The notes below the pieces were generated by a model. That model worked only from the letters and a program-made list of their open reading frames with translations, made no database searches and was not told the origin of the DNA. Below are positions 56,498 through 64,000 of a stretch of DNA of 64,000 bases, in pieces (position 1 is the first letter of the stretch; the number at the start of each line of letters is the position of its first letter). Origin of the DNA: Lepidodermella squamata (taxonomy: Eukaryota > Animalia > Gastrotricha); contig JBLDXI010000029.1 of assembly GCA_047495785.1 (NCBI GenBank), positions 2,480,001-2,544,000 on the forward strand, read 5' to 3'. The position numbers were made by a program, and so were the translations under genes.

Positions 56498-59400
56498 TCA
56501 GTAAAAATCACGTGACGACGATTCATTGCTAGCACTCGGCAACAGCGTTAGCGATCTGACGTGCGACGGCGCTGTTGTGTCGACAAGCAGCAGATTATCG
56601 CCATCCGTGTCATCGAACATATCCGCGTCATGCTCAGCCGCCTTAATTTCGCGACTACTAACGCTCGCCTTCACGAATAACGCGCTGTCTGAGCACGATT
56701 TATCCAACCGCTTCGGCGGGAACTGCTTCGCGAATTCGACCACCGGCGACCGATCTTCGGAGCTGCAAGTATTAGGCTGAGCTTTGTTCGAACAAAACCC
56801 GGAATCATTTCGTTTCGCCGCGACTTTCGAGTTGGGCCTAGTTTTCTCCAACGACCCAGTTGAGACGTGTAAATCGTCTAAAGGCGCGTAGATATCAGGC
56901 ATTCCACTTATTGAAAGCGACGAATTCGACGAGACAGAAGTTTCACTGATGCCGTCCAAATCGTTGTTACTCCTCTCGAAAATTCGAGAGACGAACATCC
57001 GATTCCCTAACTGCGCTGTTTCTTCATCGATCAGCCCCTGCTCGTGTTGTTTTACCAAGGCTGATAAGAAGTCGCTGAATGTCTTCGATTTACTGCACAA
57101 CACGTGAACAGGCTCGGCGCGATGGATGGCCGTCGCAATTTTAGATTCCTGCTCTTCAAAGTCGTCGTCATCTTCCTCCATGATAGCTTTTGTCGCGAAT
57201 TTCGCGTCGAATTCTGTCAATTCGCGAGCAACTTTCGAGTCATCACTAGCCATCGCGAAGGCTTGTGCCATGTAATCGGTCACGTTATCGGTATCGCAAT
57301 TAGATTCGCTGAATATCAGACTGTCATAGGCGTTATTATTGGCGTAAGAGGCCGGCGGGTGTGCGACTAGAATTTGGGCCTCGATTTTATTATTGTTCAT
57401 GTTGACGTAATCTGCGCTGTTATTGCTGGCTATTTGCGTAGGTCGAGTGCGGTCGTTTGAAGTTGTCGAATTGGGAGTCTTTGAAGGTGGCCCCGTTTCG
57501 ACTGCTGACTGGGTACTGCACGCGGTTAGCTGCGACTGCGGTTGATCCGGCCGGGTCGAACACGTATGTTGGAACGGTGTACTTGATACCAGCCTTTGAT
57601 TCAGATCTAGAAAAACACGAACAAAATTAATTTCAACTAACAATTTTGATGTATTCAATGATAAAGGAATGCCCTCTGGAATGCTTCCAGATCGGGGGGA
57701 AATTGTATTTCTCCATATGGTATTCCTATTCCCACAAGCCCACAATCCTGAGCCACTTTTTGGAGTGCGAAAGGGTTAACCCAGCGAAAATAAATGAAAT
57801 ATAAATTAAAAATTAAAATTAAAATTCCGCCTTAATAATTTCCCACAGAAGCATGTTGTGTTTCTCCATTTTTCTTCAAAACCAAGTAATAATGCAGGGA
57901 TTAGTGACCTACTAAGTCCTATTTTTATTATTCTGACCTACAAAGGCAAGCTCAAAAATGGCAATAATTTTTATGAATGGGAGTGTTTTCGACGCAAAAC
58001 AATAATATTTCCGGCTTTGCGAGAACACTTCAATGTAGTGGGCGCACATAACAAGAAAAAACGTCAAGACCCTGATTAGCGAGGGCAAAGGATCAGGTAT
58101 ATAAGATTTAAGGACTTCGCACTTTTAGTTCGCCTAAAATTAGTCATAAAACCACTTTTGACATCTATTCATAGAGGGAATACTCATAAAAAATCGATCA
58201 CTATGAGGTAAAAAAAGCCTATCGCAAAAAATGTAAGAAAATCGAGATTTTTTACCTTGCTGAGAGTGAGTCTGAATTTGCTGTTGTGCCGGATTGGGCT
58301 GGGGTAATGACTGCTGGGGGCTGGTACATTTTCCAAGAATCAGATCTGGCAAGTAGGACTTTGCTTCGTCGACTGTTACTGCCAATGGAGGCGCTGGAAG
58401 GTGAGTGTCGACTGACGTGGCGACTGCCGCCGACGCCTGGGGAGTAAATCGGCTTTTGAACATCCTCACAAGAATCTATAAAGCAAAATGAATGCATGAA
58501 AACATTATTGATCACACGTTTTTTAAAGCGGCTTTGGCTCCGTTCAAAGGCAACATTGAGTAATAAAGGGAAGCGACAGGAAACAAAGCGCTCAACCGCT
58601 CACATTAAGCAGGTTTTTTTTATAGAAAAAAACAATAATTTATGCATGCCTTGGCAGTTGGACGACGGGTGATTTGTTCTGTTCCAACCCTGGAAAGTGC
58701 CGCGCGATATTTTATTGAAAAAACAAAAGCGCGTGGGGGGTTCGGGAATTTTCGCCCGGCTCTCATGAATAAGTTATAAGCCGCCGTTAATATGTGCCTA
58801 AATGCGGTTCAACAACGCACGGATATCCTACAGCCAAATCTCTGGTTTTGCGTGCCAGTGCCGCGCCCAATTGCGGTGGAAATATTCCATTATTACAGCA
58901 AACTACTGTAAAAATACTATTAATATAAATTGTCTAGCGACATAAATGAACTGGCAATGCAATAATAAAGCCGCAGTTTTTTTCGTATTTTCTGGCCCGC
59001 TGCGGAACAAAACGGCGAAGCGCCGCTTGGTTGACAAGCGGCGGACTGGACACGCAGAGAAGTGGAATATAATGATAGCGATGATATAATCGGCAGTGAT
59101 AATAATATTTGTTCAGGAATTCGCCGCCCTAAACTGGCGCCGCTCGTGTGTTTGCGTGAGCGCGCGCGAAAATGGCGCAAATATTTTGCCGAATAATAAG
59201 CGACGAGACAAAAATATAATAAAAAAAGCCGGCTATTAGCAGTAGCTTCAGATCAAGGCCCAAATGAAAAATCCATATTTAGGTGTATTACACTTAAAAA
59301 TTATTATTTACAACAATAAAAAAAGCTGGTATTAAATTACCGGCGTAACGTAGCAGAAGTAGCTGCGTTGACTGAATTTACACAATAAAAAATGACAGTT

Positions 59401-62400
59401 TTTTCACCTAATAAGGGTGTGGAAATCCGTAAATAGTGATGCAAACGATTCAGTAATTGATTTTTTTGGGTATGAAAATAAAACTAGGCCCAGTGATGCA
59501 CCCAAGGCGCAATTTTTAATCAACAAATTACCATGTTGTTTTTTTTAGAATTCCAAACTGTAGCATAATTCATTGAGGTTTGCGTCAAAGACGTAGCCAT
59601 TGGCGAAATTAGAATTTAATCGCAAATTAATGACGCGTGGGGCGCGATTTGCGTCGGACAAAACGCCCGTTTATAGAATCCATATAAAATTACATGGTTT
59701 AAGCTTGCCCTCGGGTTATAGATCAATTATATTACGATGAATTTCGTGTAAAATTGATTAATTACGAAGCTATAAGTTTCAGCGTCTGTAATTAAAATTA
59801 ATACACGCCAGCGAAAAAATTAGTGAAAAAACTGGGGGAAAAAAGGTATTATTACGTTTTGGGTAATTCGGTTGTTGTTGTGGTTAGTTTGGTTAGCGGC
59901 GGTTGAGGAGGACGACAGCGATAGTAACTGACTTGACGAGTGATCAGTGCCCGGCTGGCTGCTGCTATTCGTCGTATTCGAGTTGATCGATGGCGCCGTC
60001 GGCGTCACTGGGTAGTAGCCTTTATTACCAGCGATGAGACCGCGTCGCGATTGGCTGCGGGCGGCTGAGGACGACCGGCTCGGGAAGCAGCAGGACGATG
60101 ACTGAGTCGAATACTCGCTGTCGAGGTAAGGACTCAAGTGTTGACCGGCTAATAGCTGGTCGTTTCGGGCCAAATACGCCGGGGTTCGATTAGCAGCTAG
60201 ATTTTTGTTATTCTCCTGGTAATACGCTGAGTTGTTACTACTGCAACAACACACGCCTCGAAACCAAGCTGCATATTGCCGACGGACCCATTTGTTGAAG
60301 ACGCAGAAAAATAAAAATATCAGGAATCCCTATAGATACAAAACACAATTTTAGAGGGTGACTAACAGCGATGAGTCACGAGTGACCTCATAAAAAATTG
60401 AATCTAGATTTTAAATGAATTGCTATATATAGTTAAAATTAAATGGCTCTCAAAATTTAGAAATTATATTCAAAAATGTCAATGACCCTTCAGCCAGTGC
60501 GTTATAGCTTTATTTGTAGGCGAGACTACTGTAAAAGCATCTCGCAGGTGAAAAGCAGGCTATACTGCAGTAAATAATAATAATATAACTGAATTATGAG
60601 GCAGCATCACCCCAGTAATAACAAACAGTGCGATAAAATGTTGCATATTATCACGTGCAGTACATACCTTGTCACACACGCCCGAGTTCACATTTTAAGG
60701 CGCGCCAGGCCAAAGAGACTTCTTCGTATACATACTTACTATAAAGGGCACTTCTTAGATGCGCCGAGTCAGCATTATGCCGTACTTTGTTTACGCCTAT
60801 ATAGCACTTAATCGGCCGCTCTGTTTTCTGACGCACCTTAGCCTCACCTGCATGCGACCTTTTATTATAATTATTATTATAAAAACTCGTGTTATCCCAG
60901 ACGCGTGACGCAAACATAATTGTATTTACGGGTGAGGTCATAGGCTGAAAGCTGACAGCCGTGAGGTTACACCGCGAAATTTAATTTCTCTACTCACCTG
61001 TAGACTGTTGAAGATCGCGAAGAGATATGCCGCAATTACAAGATGTTGATTGATGTAAAGAAACCCAAAAGACCAGGTCAGACCCAGTAAAATCGTCGCC
61101 GCAGCGATTCCTTTAATCGTAGATCTAAAATTATTAAAATTATATTAATTAATCGCAAAAAATAGGAAATTATTTTTTACCTTGTTTGATAAAGCTTAGA
61201 TTCCTTGCCAGCTGCGCAAACGATGTGATCGTTAGCGTGGGTTAACAGCGAGCAGGCTTTACAGATCAGGTAGCTGAGAATGAACACGTTCACCTAAAAA
61301 TACGAGTAAACATGTGAATATTGTAAATGCGAGCGCACATATATGCTTGATAATGACGCGTTATTATACGCATGAGCTGTTTTTCGGCCGCGAACCGGAA
61401 AACGAGCGCATACACACCGGCGAGAAAAGGTAACAAAAAATGATTAATGACGCCAGCTTCCGAGTATTATTACTATAAAACGAAATAATTAACACGAGAA
61501 ATGACTTACAAAAATAACTAAGCCAACAGGTACCACAAAGTAGAGTAGCCAACGGCCGTGCAGCCAGCAACTGAAATAATAATAGTAGCGATATTTTCAC
61601 GCAAAATTAATTGATTATGCAATTAGGGTAAATGAAGCGATAAAGCAATTATATTATCAAAGGGTACAATTCGAGGGTTGAAGAGGGGGTCAACACTTAC
61701 ATTTTTCCATCGCCATACGCCTCAAGGCCCGAAACGCCCGCGGTAAGTCCGACTAGTAAAATACTCGTGCCTGTGACAAAAAAGTATTTAAATAAGGTCA
61801 CTTGAGCGATTTAAGACAAAAAAAATCAATTTCCGCTATAGTAGCGACTTTTACCGTAGGCGGCGAGGTAATAAATGGGCCATTTGCGGGTTGTAGAAGG
61901 CATAAGTTCATTGAGCTTAATCGCGATTTGTACACCCTCGAGTAGCATCCATACGAAGGCGGAGGTGAAGAAAAATTGCAGGAATCCAGCGACGAGTTTG
62001 CAAGCGATGGGAAATACCGCTGCGTGGCGAATGCCGGTAATAAAAAGAGCTTCGCCGAAAAACAGACACGCTGCAAGATGCTTGTGAACTGTCCGCTGAT
62101 CGCTATCCAATTTTCTTGAAAAAAATTGTCAAAAATTAAAAATTCAAGGAATTGACTAATTTTGCGCCAACCTGTCGATAAATTGAAAGGTGAACCAGAA
62201 TAAGAGGAGGCAAACGGACGAAATCGAACAGCCTGCGATCGTGATGATTGACAGCCATTCTCGGTCATGCTCAGCGGTCTGAAGGAATAATATTAACGAT
62301 AAAATATCAAACATTTTCTAAATATTCTTCCCTAATTTGTTCATTTTCAAATAATTTTGTGCCCTATTTTATGTGATAAGATAAGTGGTCATTTTTAATG

Positions 62401-64000
62401 AATTTTAAACCCGGCTTTAGCACTCGTGACTGTGGTAAAACTCGGCGGAACAATGCGAATTTGGCAGCATTACAGCGAGAAAAATGTCTAATTTACAGCC
62501 GGTATTAAGGCTTTATAATATAATCCAGCCGTTTAAAGGCAGATTTTATTCTGCTTTATCTCAATGAGCGGAATGCGCGCTCGCATACCTCAGCGTCCAT
62601 ACCACTGACGTCGACTAGAATGGCGAAACTCGTCAGATGGTTACAACCGCAAGTCGTGTGAGTCGAGTTGGTGCGAACGCGATAGCAGCCTTCAGCAGAC
62701 CAACTTCCGCGATAAGTCCTAAAAATAAAAAATAAAAATAAAATTTAAATTTAATTCATATTTAATTAGTAGCCACTATAGGTCTCACTTTAAGCGAGAC
62801 GGTAATGACGCCAGTTGCGGAACCAAAATAGGTACCAGCATTCAAAAATTATTCACGCACTCAAAATTTCTGATATTTTTAATCAAAATATGCAATAAAT
62901 AAAAAAGGAGACAAGGGCCGAAGTTTTAATTATTTGGTTCCACTAAAAAAATATTCTTAAAAATAACTCCGGCTAAAACTAACCAAGGATTGTAGTCCCA
63001 GAAGCAGCAAATTGGTTTCTGACGATCATCAATCTGAAAAAAATTGAAAATTCTCAATAAAAAAAATTCACAATGAATATATTTCTCACCTTTTCGTGTC
63101 TCAAAGTGAAGATAACTGGTTCGTCGAGTTGCATCTTAACCCTATGCCGCTCGCCCATGGAAATAGTCACAATTTTACTGTTAAGGACATGTGATCGCGT
63201 CTGGCCAGCAATTGGGAAGTTCACGTAGGAATTTCCCTCTTCATCCGTACCTTCGCCATTGACCGGGCCACGATTCGAGAATGAATCATTAAAACTCGGC
63301 AAATCGGCCGTGAAGCCCATAAACCGTTCCAAATTACGGTACTGGATGTAGACGACCTTAGCCAAACCGTTTTCGGAATATTTTTGAAGCTGAGAAGTCG
63401 GCATGACAACAGATTCATCGTCATCGATGAAAATCTTCAAATCCTGAGGCGATGTTGAATCTTTCTTCTCCTGTTGTTTCTGCTCTTTCAGCTTTTTCGG
63501 AAATTCCTTCGACTGTTTCCCCTGCAATTTTTCGACATTTACCACCGAAACTTCGGCGATGATGTTGTCCTCCAAATGCAGGGTCGTGTCTGTATCGCCA
63601 AAGTCTGGCAAATCGCCCTTGACCGAAATTTTACTCCTCGCCTCAGCCTCTGACATCATCGACTGTTCGATGCCTTCCATCAAACGAGTCGCAGCTACGT
63701 CCTGCTTAAATTCAGGAAGATCAGCCCATATCGGGAATTGCTCGTCCGATAGGAGGGACGACCCGCTTCGGGCCAGTGATTTCGCGACTTGATTCACCGA
63801 CTCAGCTTCAGGTGGTCTCGTCAAGCTTTTCTCCGTTTTCGCGCTAGCATTCGCAGTTTTTTGAATCGCTTCGACAGTAGAAATTAAATCACCGCCATAT
63901 GTCATTTTAGTCTGGGCCGTTTTCGATTCGAGACTCCTCGCCGCGTCAACAGGCGGTTTCGACCCTTGGCTGACCTCCTCGGCAAGCTTTTTCATCTGTT
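56498..64000 (-). CDS. Adhesion GPCR, latrophilin-like; 5' part lies outside the window
   Basis: GAIN exon 63054-63995; GPS CCFWDY...WSAEGC...[14 protein letters not shown]; TM3 [13 protein letters not shown]; TM7 [13 protein letters not shown]; long Ser-rich tail ending at 56498 (tail assignment less certain). Confidence 0.88.

Overview
Eukaryotic (invertebrate animal) genomic DNA from a compact genome with many ~48-60 nt GT-AG introns, so several genes had to be rebuilt across the ORF track. No organism is assigned. The first ~21 kb is an accessory, duplication-rich region. It holds three copies of a small secreted, very basic Lys/Gly/His protein with alternating (Ser-X)n blocks, and two copies of an unusually large (~418 aa) small heat-shock protein with a duplicated Gly/Ala-zipper N-terminal module. 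Both families have extreme C/G-ending codon bias. The same region has an intronless bacterial-type DUF4874/DUF4832 secreted protein, a divergent GABA-B-like class C GPCR, a partial Cys-loop channel, tRNA-Gln next to U6, and several MITE or palindromic elements. The remainder contains a GAPR-1-like CAP gene, a tRNA-Gly/U2/tRNA-Ser cluster, two latrophilin-like adhesion GPCRs, a 5-HT2-like amine GPCR and a DPY-30/EF-hand/ankyrin gene. It also has a tightly spaced, operon-like TUBGCP4-STOML2-ANKRD28-like run, two tandem divergent Cys-loop channels and transposon relics. The best candidate for an undescribed system is the co-amplified basic (SX)n secreted protein plus giant sHSP cluster, possibly a secreted material/adhesive or stress/dormancy module. 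All family calls come from motif recognition by eye; no database search was run.
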